Shown here piece by piece: positions 1 to 12,434 of a DNA stretch of 64,000 bases. Both the position numbers and the translations under genes were made by a program. A model generated the notes under the pieces. The model was not told the origin of the DNA, searched no databases, and was given only the letters and a program-made list of their open reading frames with translations. This stretch comes from Vicugna vicugna (lineage: Eukaryota): NCBI GenBank assembly GCA_013265495.1, contig MU058337.1, positions 1,890,686 to 1,954,685 of the forward strand, given 5' to 3'. Each line of letters starts with the position of its first letter. The stretch's first letter is position 1.

Positions 1-85
1 TGAATGACTGAAAAAATGTTCCTAACACTGGAAATTGACACAACATTGTAAAATGATTATAATTCAATAAAAAATGTTGAAAAAA
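1..85 (+). mobile_element. L1 3' terminus (camelid-type), cut by window edge
   Basis: acactggaaattgacacaacattgtaaaatgattataattcaataaaaaa is the reverse complement of the L1 ends at 16.85 kb and 44.13 kb; AATAAA and A-tail. Confidence 0.85.
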
Positions 86-301
86 TTTCAGACACTTTTA
101 GCTCTGATCCAGTTTAAGATGATTGTAATTCCAAAGCTGGCTCTGTCTGAAAAGTTTGAAATCAGTAACATGACTGCTTAAGAGATGAAAAGCTGACCCC
201 ACGGTTATCATCCTTTTCTTGGCACACAAGCAGGAAGAATATTACAAAATATTAAACATGATGATGCTGTGTTTTAGAACTTCTCTCATTTCATTCCCTA
301 C

Positions 302-382
302 CTTATTGACTTGCTGTTTGATGCCTTCTTTGAATACCCGTGAGTCCCGAGATCTGCTCGTTCTTCTTGCCTTGAAGGGTTA
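302..382 (-). other. Candidate 81-nt exon (NPSRQEERADLGTHGYSKKASNSKSI)
   Basis: tatttaaag acceptor, AAG/gtaggg donor; only the phase-2 frame is fully open. Confidence 0.3.
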
Positions 383-3300
383 CTTTAAATAGTAACATGA
401 AAGTTACTCAATATAGATGTTGGATGGAAACAAATTCTCTTTTTGAATGAGAAGCAGCAAGTAGTAAAACTGAGCTGAGAAGTGTTGCTCTATTGTTGAT
501 TCTGTCACCCTGGAAAAAATACCCACCAGGGTCCCTAATTTTTTTTAATGCTGAGTTTTCATTCTACTTAAAAAAAAAAAAAAGAGTGAAAGAATTGCTG
601 GGGTTGTTATTTGTAGGAAATGCTGGTGTCTGTGTCTATTCTAATCCTGTTTCTTCAAGGAGACACAGTGCTTCCATGGATTCTGAGTTTCTTTTGATGG
701 AACATGGACCAGTTTGTTTTCTTCTTAATAAATTATGAGAGTTCTTGATAATAAATAACTAATAATAATAAATGATAGTTTTCTAGCTTTCAGTTCTTCT
801 AAGTCTCTTAAATTATTGTTTGAAAAGCAGAACAGAGTTAACAAAGGCTACCACTTTAGAGAAATGAAAACGATACATATTTTATTCTTGGATAGATAGG
901 AATCAAATATTTTAAAATAATTAAAATCTTTAAATCAGAGTATGTACTATATAAATTAGTTATTTTTAAATGATATAGCATCCTAAAATGCTGTAGAATT
1001 ATAAGAAAAAACATTTAAAGTGTTGAAGCTAACTTGGAGTTAATTCTATTATAAATGTATGTACTACTAATTACTTACATGCTTTTTGTCCTCTGAAATA
1101 TCAAGTGCTTTTTTTGTGTTATCCTATCCTTTCTAAGCAAAATTTTTAGATTTGGAGGTATTTTATACAAAATTGTAGAACAATTTGAAAAACATAAAAA
1201 TAAGCAGAGAATGTATCTTTCAGTTAACCTTAACTAGTTTTAATCTCTTTAAAGGTTATACTTTTATTTTATGACCAAGGTATCTGCAAACTTACAACCT
1301 AGGCAAAACTGAAGCTATCTGAACTACCAAAGCATTTGTTTCACCTAAGTTTAGTTTATAAGCTCATGCTTCAGCTTTTCTTCAATTTCCCGTCTGTAGG
1401 AATAGTCATCTTTTGATTCCGTCCCTCTACTTTCGTGAATTAGAATGAGTGCCTGTTCTCTGGTCCTGTCTTTCTCTGGGGTGTTGGCTGTTGCAGCTGG
1501 TCCTCAGAACATGAACTCCCGGGGCAGGAGTTGTCTGACTTTGGCACTTCCTGTTCCTTCCGACCCTGTATTGACTTCTCACCCTCTCCCCATGTGTCAG
1601 ACCACCTTTGCCTTCACAGCATCATCACACTTTTCCCCTCCAATCTTTGATCTCCCAATTTCCTCTCTTAATTGCTTTCAGAAGTCTCTCACCACTGACC
1701 ATTTTTTGATTGTTTTTAAGTCTCTCCCCATACCCTGTGTTAGAGCTGTCCTATTTTTTCCTTTCAGAAGATTGTGAGCAGATTTTTAAGTTGCAAGCAT
1801 GTCAACTTGATGCATTTATTCATAAACCTCAGGCTTCATGTTATTTGTCAACCTTCACCTTAATACATCTATGTTTTAAATTTTTTTCTACGTTTTGAAT
1901 ACACATTTCCTTTGCTGTATAAGTAGTCTTCCATTTAGAATGACATAACTTGATATAACTTTAAACATATCCTCATGTATGTAAAACATGCCTCAACTTC
2001 ATTTCTCATTTTTATTAATACTGAGATAGTAAAAAAATTTCTCTCTACAAAGAGATCTGTAGCAATCATTCCTAACTCTTTCTTCCTTGCTTTTTCGTGG
2101 ATATATTGGAGATGGATTGACTTGGGCAACACGGGGCACCGTTAGTGCCCTCAGAGCAGGGACCAGGACTGTCCCGATCAGGAAAGACACATCAGTATCA
2201 CTGCATCCAGCTCATCATAAGAGATCAGTGATAAAGTTAATAATCAGAACCATGACAATGTTATAAAGCTGACAATCCTTCCTCTACCTCTGCATACAAT
2301 GTCAGCTTCTTAATTCAGGCTATAAAAATTACATAGATTTTAAACAAGAAAGCCAGAGTAAATAAAACAGACAAGCAAAAGAGATTATATCCCAAAGAGG
2401 GGCAGGAATTTTGATCCCCACTTAGGAAAAACAGGAAAGGGGAAAAACAGATAAGGTCAATGCCTTATCCGGGTCACGTAATTGGGCAGAGCAGGATCCA
2501 GTGTGGGAAGCAATTTACTGATCAGCTAATTTGTCTGTCCTTCCCGTCTCTCTCTCTCTAGCGCATCTTCCACAAACCCCTCCTCACCCCCGCCCTCATC
2601 CCATGAGGTAACTCGGTTCCTTTTGAGGACTTAGGTTTTATTCTGGACTCAGATTTTTAGACCTCAAACACTGCTTAAATACAAGCATCTTTTGCCACAG
2701 ATTTATTAAAGGGCGGAAGTTAGGGATAAATGCTTCTGAGGGCCAGTGGAGGGGAGATGTCTCCCCTCAGACTGGAGAGAGCAAAAGGTAGAGGTCTCCT
2801 AGGCAGAGTGGGGGCAGGGCTGGGTCCCAAAGGGGGTAAGTGATTCACACGTTCACAGGCCTGTCTCTGCCCAGTTCCCAGGCTTTCCAAAGACACCAGT
2901 GCCTCTGCCAAGGCTGGGCGGTGCTAGAGCTGAGAGATCTAAGGGTCAGGCAGAGGGAGACTCTCAGTGACCCAGTGATAACAAGAGTGGATTGGTAGGC
3001 TGGGTCTCCAGGTCTTTGGTCCTGCACAGAACTCTGGAATCTGAGCAACTCAGAGAGGAACCCTACAAGTAACCAGGGTTAATCTCCCTGCCAGTACGTT
3101 CAAATGGGGGTGGGGGGGTAGTCAGTTGAAACTTTATTAAAGAAGAAAAAAACACGATTTTTCCTGTAGGGGAATAATTTGGGATAAATTAATTTGTACA
3201 TTTCATTGTTTTCTCTGGGGCACGCCTTCTGCATAAAGACTCACACCTGCTCCTTTAACAGTGACATTTTCTGAGTCACCAAATTTGCTTTAGAATCAGA

Positions 3301-4142
3301 CACAGATGTCAGGATCTCCTGGCATATTAACAAAAATACTTGGCCCTAAGATTTCTTAGTCATGAAATATTTAGGTTGTGACTATGCCAAAGGTATTCTC
3401 TTGCTGGGTATAAACATGAAGCAGAGCACATTTCTAAGTGGAAGAGCTGTGCTGAGTTGACCGAATGCACTAGTTTTGTGGACCAGTATCATTTGATTTT
3501 GTTACGTGAGTACACCGGTTCTGAGCAATTATTTTTAATATACGGAAGGCTGCTGTAGTTTGAGACTTTGGGGAGACAATGAAAGAATGAGTAGACAATG
3601 ACCCATTTTACGGGACTGGAGATACTACAGATTCGAGCATCTCTGTCTTTGAGCATATCTGTGTAGGTCACCTTAGTAAAATTGCATGCTGCAATCTGTC
3701 CTCCCTGGGGATTCCTCTCTTTTGCCATCTGTGGCTCAGAGAATTAGCTCTTTTTCTCAGATGATCTCTTCTTTGTGGTTGTCTCCATCCTTCAAAGCTG
3801 CCCACTCTTGTAGATGAGTGTCCAGGCATTTAGTGATTTCTCTCTTCATCAGAGTCCAACTCTTTGTCATAGAGTCTCTGTTAACTTTATTTTAAAGTAA
3901 CTGGCTTTCCTCCAAGATGCTCAGACTAAAACTTCTCAAGAGGCTGCCTCTGCTCCAGGTCCGCTCTCAATGGTCCCTCCCATGATGGGAGAGGTAGCAA
4001 AGATGAGAGCCTGTCCCAGCTTGAACTGGGCAATATGAAATGTCATCCTCAGAAAGAAATGGTCTCTGCAGTAGTTTTCATAATCCTTGCAAAATAACCT
4101 GTCTGATAGTCAGTCATTTTATTTCCCTTTATTTACTCTTAC

Positions 4143-4184
4143 CAGCATAATTTTTAGGACTCCTGCTTTCAGGAGTCTTTAGGA
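4143..4184 (-). other. Candidate 42-nt exon
   Basis: gtctttttag acceptor, CTG/gtaagag donor; open only in phase 1 (LKTPESRSPKNYA). Confidence 0.3.
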
Positions 4185-4345
4185 CTAAAAAGACATCCCA
4201 TCAAGAAATCAATCTGTTATAGAACAGAAAAATCAGTGAGTCAAGTTGCATGCATGTGAGAGTACCGTAAGAACACAGATTTATTGACATTTGTCACTAG
4301 TGTCATGCAACAATTTTAAGTGTAGTTGATCAAGGTGTCCATATT

Positions 4346-4491
4346 GGGGGGGGAGGGTATAGCTCAAGCGGTAGAGCATATGCTTAGCGTGCACAAGGTC
4401 CTGGGTTTGATCCCCAGTACCTCCTCTAAAAATGAATGAGTAAATAAGCCTAATTACCTCCCTCCCCCTCCTGGAAAAAAAAAGTATTTGT
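4346..4491 (+). mobile_element. Vic-1-type tRNA-derived SINE (camelid)
   Basis: G-run, then gggtatagctcaagcggtagagc (A box) and gggtttgatccc (B box), non-tRNA tail taaataagcctaattacctccc, A-tail; flanked by TSD core gtgtccata. Confidence 0.9.
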
Positions 4492-5088
4492 GAAGTGTCC
4501 ATAGTCTGTAACTGTCACTTTTGTTATTACTCTTTCAAAGAAGCGATACTCACTCCTTGGCCTCTAACAGTTCACATCTGATTCCTAGACCAGGTAGAAT
4601 GTGGCAGGTTCCCTTTGCAGATGTAACCATTTGCAACTGCTTATTCCTGGACCAGTAAATAGAAACTTTATTCTAAAGTATGAGGTCCATGATGGTTTTC
4701 AACCTCAGGCACAGTCTAACACGGGCCAGGAGACAATTGCTCACTCAGAACTCCCTCCAGGAGAGAAACGACGGGAGCCAGTAAGAATGCTCCAAGTTAG
4801 TCACACCCAGGGAATACAGCCACTAGCCAGGAGTGCTGGAAGATGGATGATGTACTGGGAAGTTTTCAGTCTTATTTATCTATGTGGCATCACCAGGCGG
4901 CAGAGTTATGCTTTTAGAAATTGCAGGATTCAGGGTTCCTATGCACCAGGTGGTCTCACTTCAGCTCTCTTGTAGGTGAATCTGGGGCTTCTGTTTATTT
5001 ACAACTTCCATTGTATAAAGTGCTTCTTACTTTCTAGAGAAAGTTGAAAACTGCTGTGGTTTTCAGTCACCCCTCATCATACACTTAC

Positions 5089-5130
5089 CTGATGGTTCTT
5101 GTTTTGTAGACAGTATTTGCAGCCAAAGAG
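5089..5130 (-). other. Candidate 42-nt exon
   Basis: ccctgtctcttag acceptor, consensus donor CAG/gtaagt; all three frames open. Confidence 0.35.
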
Positions 5131-5715
5131 CTAAGAGACAGGGCACTTACAGAAGTTTTTCAGGGTTCCTGCCTTAGGAGGAGAGGAAGTTGGGTTACTC
5201 ACCCTGCTCCTTTTTTTTTTTTAACAGCGAGTTTTACTGAAGTGACTGAATATTAATCTGTAATTGAACATTACATCTCATACACATCTTTCCTCTTTGT
5301 AGCTACGTTACTCTCACCTTTATTTTCTTCAGAGTGAGAATGTTTGTACGATGATTGAATATGTTCACTCAAAACCTTGATAAAAATCTTTGCCAGGAAC
5401 AGCCAAGCTCATCACCCTGTAAATGTCTTCACATAATTAATACACAAAGACAATCTCTAACTGACAAATGGCTACATCCTAAAACTTCTCAGGAATGTTT
5501 AGAAAACATTTTCCTCTAGAAGTTACATCCATGGTGGTTGTGTCCATAGACTGTTCCTCAGAATCTGAAGGCCTTGGGGTGTTCTTGAATCATCACACAA
5601 TCTCAGTCGCAGCATTGGTAGACCAGCTGCAACAGGGCTTCTGAGAGAAGAGGGCTTGGGGTTCCTTTACTCTAACTGCATTCGTGCTGACGGGCCCAGG
5701 GGCTCCTTCTCTTAC

Positions 5716-5867
5716 CTTTGTGAGCCATTAGAGGAGGCATCTCTGGCCCCAGAAGTGCTGGTTTCAGTGCAGGGGCTTTGGCTCAATGGGGTTTTAGATG
5801 TGGGAGTGAGGCTCCAGGAAGCCTCAGAAGCAAGGAGTGGGAGGGAAAAGAGGCCTAGTTTGTACAC
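5716..5867 (-). other. Candidate 152-nt exon, Ser/Thr/Pro-rich (VYKLGLFSLPLLASEASWSLTPTSKTPLSQSPCTETSTSGARDASSNGSQ)
   Basis: tttccctttttcttcacgggtttacag acceptor, AAG/gtaaga donor; single open frame (phase 0 to 2). Confidence 0.35.
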
Positions 5868-6017
5868 CTGTAAACCCGTGAAGAAAAAGGGAAACTTCTT
5901 GGTTTTCTCCACCAGCATTTTAGTGACCGGTCGGTCCTGTCCTTGGAATGCCAAGATCCACATTCTTCGCTTTTGACTATTAGCACCTCCTGGTCCTGAC
6001 CCATCCCTGCGGATCCA

Positions 6018-6697
6018 TGTCAAGACAAAGCACTTCTCAGGGTATCTACTTCTGCCCACCTGCCCCCAAGGCTGGCTGTGGTCCCTGGGAAATTTCTACA
6101 GGTATCTGTTTCATGTTACTTCTCTGTTGGTTCTCAGCTGGGCTCCCGTGATGCACTCGTATGAGGCAGATGGGTTTCTGCCCAGGTGTCCTTTCTGTCA
6201 TGAGTGATGACAGTGTGCTGATGTGCTGGGGGGCCGTTCTCCATGGGGTTCTGGTTTCTCTGCATGTCTTCTGAGAGAGACACTGACTGCTGGTTGTTCT
6301 GGACCATCTCTTTAAGGATGTTTGGGAAGAGAGAGCTGGTAGGTCCCCCTGAAGCAAAAGGTAGGCATATTTACTGCCCAGTGTAATAAAGATAACATCT
6401 CTCTCTCTCTGGCACTTACTGCCTGTTATAAAAGTCTCAGGTTCCCTGAGCTCAGGGTTCCTTTCCTGTGAACACTACCCACTGTCTGGACAGGCATCAT
6501 CTGCCCTCTTTACACTTCCTGTGAGCACTAGGGCTTGGGGAAACAGTACTCACTCCCTGGCTACAGTGATTGCTGGGAATAACAAGTTGTCCTTCTTGGA
6601 CCCAGACATCTGTCTCTTTCCTGTCTCCATGAAACTGTCTCATACTGACTTTTAGTTTAAAAGCAGGGAAAAGCTCAGACCCTTCACATTCTTGATG
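6018..6697 (+). mobile_element. ERVL solo LTR, MER54/MER73/MER74 group
   Basis: TGT start; blocks ttctggaccatctctttaaggatgtttg, ttataaaagtctcaggttccctgagctcagggttcc, ccatgaaactgt and ctcagacccttcaca. Confidence 0.75.
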
Positions 6698-8429
6698 GGT
6701 TGCTGGAGTGGTAAATGGGTGAGGTGTGGGGACAGGAGGGAGGGGAAGAGGAAGGTCTGTCATCACTGTGTGTCCTACTACAAACCTAGCTTTGGACCAA
6801 GATGGAGTAATGTGAGAGATGGGGACAAGGATGGAGGGGAAGAGATGGATGGTCCTCAGGAGGAGGCTGGGAGGGAGAACAAGGGAAACCCAAGGTGCCT
6901 GCAGAGGAGATGGAGGGACAGTTCATCGCGCTGACCCTGATGAGGCGGTGCGGCGGGACCACTCGCTCTCTCCTCAGCGCAGCCTTTTATTTGTAAGGGA
7001 CACCTGCATGCTGTTCATCGGTTGTCTTCAACTGCGTGTCATGTGTAGCGTTTGAATAACTGGCATCTTTTTTCATAGAGAAGGAGAGTGTTTGGGAAAT
7101 GGCTTAATTGGAACATTTAAAAAACACATTAGCCCTGGGCTCTGTGGTGCCCTGATTACAATGTACAGTGTAATTTTAAATATGACTTTTGTTTTCTTGA
7201 AACTGGTAGTTGTCTAGGTACCCAGGGTCAGAGCGAGCCCTTGGTCAAGGTCCACGGTCAGACAGCAGTGAATTCACAGGAGTCCACTCCTGCAGATTTT
7301 CCCAAGTTCACAACCATTCCTTTCAGCCAAATATGACAATCCATTTATTGTTCCCCTCGGCTCCATAAGCCAGGGAGAAGGATTTTCTTTTTTGTTTATA
7401 TCCAAGGAGGAAATTCTAAACTTTTCCTTTCTTCTGTCCTATGTATAAACATATTTCTTGATTCTAATATTTGTATAAAGAAGGCAAAGGAAGCTGATTC
7501 GGAAGTAGACATAATCCAAGTATTTAAAAATGTTCAGAATGTTTTCTCCCTCATTTTAAACAGGAACATGTCACAGTTTTTACTAGGTGCCTAAATTAAG
7601 AATAAAATACTTGGAAAAGTAGTCACAGCACCATTGACAAATGGCTACCGTGAGCTTAGCTTTGGAGCAAACAGTCTGCTTTTTATCCTCTCTGCACTTC
7701 AGGTAAAGTGACCTGTTTCATTTATTTCCTTTTCTTGCTTTGTTCTTCAATTCTCTCCAGTGCTGAGTTTTCGCCTCCCTGATAGTCTTCGAGCATGATG
7801 ATGAACTGAAGCCCTATTTAACAGCGTGGTTTTGCATTAGGGTGACGGTTCCTGAGGAATCCAGTCACCTCTGTCAGCGTGGAATTTTTGTTTCCAATTA
7901 TAATGGTTCTCTAAATAATTTGAAAGAACAATAATTAGATCTGGGTTTATTTTTGACTTGCTGTGTGTGGTCCTCTTATCCCAGAGTCTTCTAATTTAAT
8001 CAAGTTAGGTTATTTCTATGCTCCTAATTTGTACGTTTTCTGTACCGGAATGCTGACATCTCATTGACCTAATTCTGTGACTTCTGCCATCGCGGGCTTA
8101 TCTACCTTAGGCTGTGTTTCTTTTTGTCCTGTCACGTTCCCTGCACAGCTGGTCCTTTCTCCAGACCACCCATCTGGACTGAAGGTTTCATATTTTCTGT
8201 TCCGTAACACAGCCTAGGAAACTGGAACAGACATTTAATTGGTAGGGCACATGATGTTATGTTTGCCTCATTAATTGATCAATTCAGATATACTTAAGTG
8301 AACCCTAGGCTGACCTCTCAGGCCTCACTGGCTATTTGACTATTGTACACCTGTCAACAGGAGTCAGCACGGGAAGAATTTCTGAGTCTGTCAGCTGGTC
8401 AGGGCCCATTTGGGAAATAGTAGATCTCA

Positions 8430-8660
8430 AGCAGTGTGGCTTTGAAGCAGTAGTGGAACCATGTATGTGAAACTACACATGGAGTGTGGATGGAGTTATC
8501 TGTGATCCCACTTGGGCAGAAGAACACAAGTTTAGGCTTTTCACATGGTTCTAGTCTTGATTCCTTGTTGGTAGATATGGAAACAGTAATGCATTTTATC
8601 TGTCAAATGAGGACTGTATCCGTTTTCCTCAATGGGTGGCTATGGAAAAGTACAAATGAA
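8430..8660 (+). mobile_element. MIR fragment
   Basis: Degenerate MIR core (ttttatctgtcaaatgagg...). Confidence 0.45.
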
Positions 8661-8719
8661 GAATATAAACAAAACTTTCAAATACTCTGAATTTCAGTGA
8701 CAATTCATGAAAGCAGTGT

Positions 8720-9285
8720 TAACAATTTTGTTGAGATTACAGTTTATACACCATACCATTCACCATTTAAAGTACACAAGTCAATGATTTTCAGTACTTT
8801 TGCAAACATGTGCAGTCATCACCGCCATCTGACTTTAGATCATTTTTATCACCCCCAAAAAGTCCCATACCCATTGGCAGTCACCTCCACCCTCCTGCCC
8901 CAAGTCTCTAGCAACTGCTAATGTACTTTCTGTCTCTATGGAATTGCCTATTCTGGACATTGCGCATAACTGGAATCATGCAGTTTGTGGTCTTTAGTGA
9001 CTAGCTTCTTTCTCTTAGCATAATGTTTTCAAGGTTCATCCATGTTGAACCTTTTTAGTGTGTGGTGTAGCATTGTTACAGACATACTACAATTTGTTAA
9101 CTCATTCAGCCTGCTGATGGACATTTGAGTTGTTCCAGGTTTTGGCTATTGTAAATAAAGCCACTATGGACAGCAGTATACTTTTCTTATAAGGACAAAT
9201 GCATGTTTCCCTAAGTAAATACTTAGGAGTTATATGGCTATATTAAATGGTTGAAATTTATTTACCTATTTAAGAAACTGTCGTT
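8720..9285 (-). mobile_element. Old L1 (L1MB-like) 3' UTR
   Basis: ccattcaccatttaaagtacac...tactttctgtctctatggaattgcctattctggacatt...gatggacatttgagttgttcc. Confidence 0.85.
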
Positions 9286-9389
9286 TCACCATATCCACAG
9301 ATCTTACCCACATTCACAGACAGGGGATTACACAGGGCATGAACACCAGCGAACAGGAATTTTAGGGACCATCTTAGAACTCTAACACA
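9286..9389 (-). mobile_element. MLT1 (MaLR) LTR end fragment
   Basis: aggggattacacagggcatgaacaccag...gggaccatcttagaac resembles the MLT1F/H terminus. Confidence 0.65.
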
Positions 9390-11700
9390 GTCAAGATATA
9401 TTATTCTTTTAAATGTTTTGGTGGAATCTACTTGCTAAAATTTTGTTTAGGCATACATGTTCACGAGGTAGTTTGGTCTAGTGTTTTCTTGTAATACCAT
9501 TATCTTGTTCTTGGTAGTTCTAGACTCAAGGAAATACTTGGGAAGTATAATAATTCCCTCCTCTTCAACAGCATTTTGTATAAAACTGAAGTTATTTCCT
9601 TCTTACACATTTAATGGAATTCACCAGTGAAGCCACCTGGATCTGGAGTTTTCTTTGTGGAAAGACACTTAATTGCACATTTAATTTCTTTAATGAATAT
9701 GGGATTTTCCAGTTTATCTGTGAGTGTGAGAGACAGCACGCCTGTGTTTTGGTAGTTTGTGTCTTTCCAGGAATTTGCCCATGTCATCTAGTTTGTTGAG
9801 TTTACTGATGTAAATTTGTACATAGCATTTCCTTATCATATTAATAAATGTAGAAGCTATAGTGACACCTCTTCTCTTCCATATTGATATTGGTAATTTG
9901 TCTTATTTGCTGATCAGTTTCACTAGCGGTTTATCAGACTTACTGATTTTTCCTCAAATAATAGCTTGTAGTTTTATTAACTTACTCTATTGGTTTTCTG
10001 TTTTCTATTTCAGTAATTTCCACTTTGATCTTTATTTCCACTGCTTACTTTGAGAACTGTATTTTAAAAATTCTGTTTTATTTTTAGTTTATGATAAGGC
10101 TTAGACTCTTGATTTGAGATTGTCCCATTTCTTATAAAGGTATTTTTGGTTATAAAATTTTCCCTAAGTAAATCTCTGAAATCTCAGATTCTGATGTTTT
10201 ATTTTAATTTGCCTTAAGTTCAAGGTATTTTCTGATTTTGCTTTTGGTATCTTCTTTGACCCATTGGTTTCTTAGAAGTGTTTCCAAATATTTAGAGATT
10301 CTCCAGATGTCTTTCTATTATTGACTTCAAATTTAATTCCATGATACTCAGAGAAAGTACCCCCTTAGGACTTAAATCTCTTTAATTTGCACTGACACAT
10401 GTTTTATAGCTCAGAAAGTGATGTGACATGGTAATGTTCTGTGTGTACTTAAAAAGAATGTGTATTCTGATGTTTGGTAGAGTATTCTACAAATGTAAGA
10501 TCAAGTTGACTGATAATATTATGTAAATCTTGAGTATCCTTTATGTATACTTGTTCTATCCATTACTGGGAGAAGAATATTAAAGCATCTCACCATAATT
10601 GAAAACTTATTTATTTCTTATTGCAGTTCTAGGATTTGTTGCTTTATGTGTTTTGAAGCTCTGTTATCATGTGCATAGACATTTAAGATTCGATTATCAT
10701 GTGCCTTGGTGTTTTCATCATACTTCTTTGCTGAGGGTTACCTGAGTTTCTTGTATATGCAAGTTGATAGTTTTCATGAAACTTAGAAAAATTGTGGCCC
10801 TTGTTTCTTTCAGTAATTTTTCTGTCTTTCACCTCTCCCAATCTCATCTTTCCAAGGGACTCCAAGTACACATTTATTAGGCTACTTGAAGTTGTTTCAC
10901 ACCTCACTGATGCTCTTTTGTTGTTAGAGTCTCCTTTATGTTTCATTTTGAATAGTTCTATTGCTGTATATTTAAGTTTACATGTCTTTTCTTCTGCAGT
11001 ATCCAGACAGCTGTTAATTCTAGCTGATGCTTGTTTTTGTTGTTGTTATTGTTGTTGAATCGCAGGCACTGCCATTGGATCTTTTAAACACATGAAAGAC
11101 ACTTATTTCACCTAATTTAATGTCCTTCTATGCTCATTCTAACATCTGTGTCAATTCTAGAGCATTTTTGATTTTATCTCGTCATTGAGTCATTTTTCCT
11201 GTTTTTTGCTTTTTCATGGTAATTTGTTTGGATGCCAGACATTGTGAATTTTGTCTTACACAGGGTGATGTTTATTGTCTTGAAGATTTGTGAGGCATGT
11301 CCAGAACAATGTTTAGGACTAATTATCCCCCATTTTTGAGATAATGCCCTTCTGTGCGTACTACTCAATACCTGTAAATCTTGAGGTCTACCAGTCTGAC
11401 CGGTGGGAACAGGCATTATCCCTAGTACTATGCCTGTGCCGGGGACTGTTGGGAATAATCCCTGTGAGTCACTCTTTACCGACTCTCAGGTAGTTTCCTT
11501 GTATTCATGGGCTGATCAATCCAACAAGCTAAAGCAATTGCAGAACCTATTTGTCTCCTGTCTTTCAGGGATGATCATTCTTTGAACTGATGTCCAGTGT
11601 CTTGCCAATTTTTGTTTCATTTTTCCTTTCTTTTGTTTTTTTAGAGGAGAGGGTAAGTCTCATTCATTTGACTTCATCATGGATGGAAGTGGAAATAGTC
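9390..11700 (-). mobile_element. Ancient L1M internal segment (ORF2 5' part, ORF1, 5' region), degenerate
   Basis: T-rich antisense L1 motifs (gaattcaccagtgaagccacctgg, tgtgtacttaaaaagaatgtgtattctg); ORF1-like residues in ORF 10683..10946 (-). Confidence 0.8.
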
Positions 11701-12011
11701 TCCCTTTTAAAAGATGAATTTTATTTGTGTGGCTTTACCATAGTTTATTTAGCTAATTTCCTGTTGCTAGACCTGTACCTTCTGAATTTTGTGTGCCAGT
11801 GTGACTCCAGGACAGACTCTGAAAGTGTGCCAATTGAATCAAATGATAAGTGCATCCATAATCTTGATGCCATAGGTAGGTATTGTATCATTGTACCTTC
11901 CCCTTTAGCAGTGCTTGAGGATGAATGCGTTTTGCAGGATTGGGGATATACCAAAAGGAAGAAAGCCTCAGTATTTACTGAATATTTCACCAGATTTTAT
12001 TCATAACTTAC

Positions 12012-12032
12012 TCTCCTGACAGTTTTGTGACA
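12012..12032 (-). other. Candidate 21-nt micro-exon TGTCACAAAACTGTCAGGAGA
   Basis: Long T-run plus gcag acceptor immediately upstream, gtaagt donor immediately downstream; length divisible by 3; all frames open. Confidence 0.4.
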
Positions 12033-12375
12033 CTGCAAAAAAAAAAAATAACACAAGGCTAGTTCTGTAGAGTCAGTAAACAACTCTCTTGTCTTAGGGC
12101 TAAGAATTGGGGTGACTAGACACTTCATTTCCTACTATGTCAATTTTTTTAAAGAAGCAGTTGAATGCTACAGGTTCTTTTCTGAAAAAGACATAATTCT
12201 GTGATAGTCAATCACTTTCTTGGTTTGAAAGTTTAATTTATTTAAGCAACCCTAAGAATAGATAGTCAAGACATGTAACACTTTCCAAAAACTGAGGGAG
12301 AATCTGAGAGTTTGCCATGTCAAGTGCAAACTCTTCTGTTACAATTACCTGCTCCTCTTTACTGCATAGTCTTAC

Positions 12376-12434
12376 CCTCCAGTATTGTCCAGTCTGAAAT
12401 CTGTATGTAGACTGAGTTGTAACGTGGTACAAAA
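12376..12434 (-). other. Candidate 59-nt exon
   Basis: ctgattttattgctttttgctactacag acceptor, AGG/gtaaga donor; all frames open. Confidence 0.35.

Noticed and set aside
617..697. + strand terminal exon encoding a hydrophobic tail (EMLVSVSILILFLQGDTVLPWILSFF*) followed by AATAAA
   Set aside because: Weak pyrimidine tract, no recognisable protein, and AATAAA sites in AT-rich sequence; the opposite strand looks at least as coding-like. Not excluded, but unsupported
4346..4425. tRNA-Ala-like sequence (also at 63916-63995) as a real tRNA gene
   Set aside because: Extended 5' G-run, SINE tail, A-tail and TSD at the first copy, and two diverged copies in one window, identify it as a tRNA-derived SINE
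6046..6357. 103-aa minus ORF apparently frameshift-joined to ORF 5712..6059
   Set aside because: Lies wholly inside the MER54/74-type LTR; chance ORF
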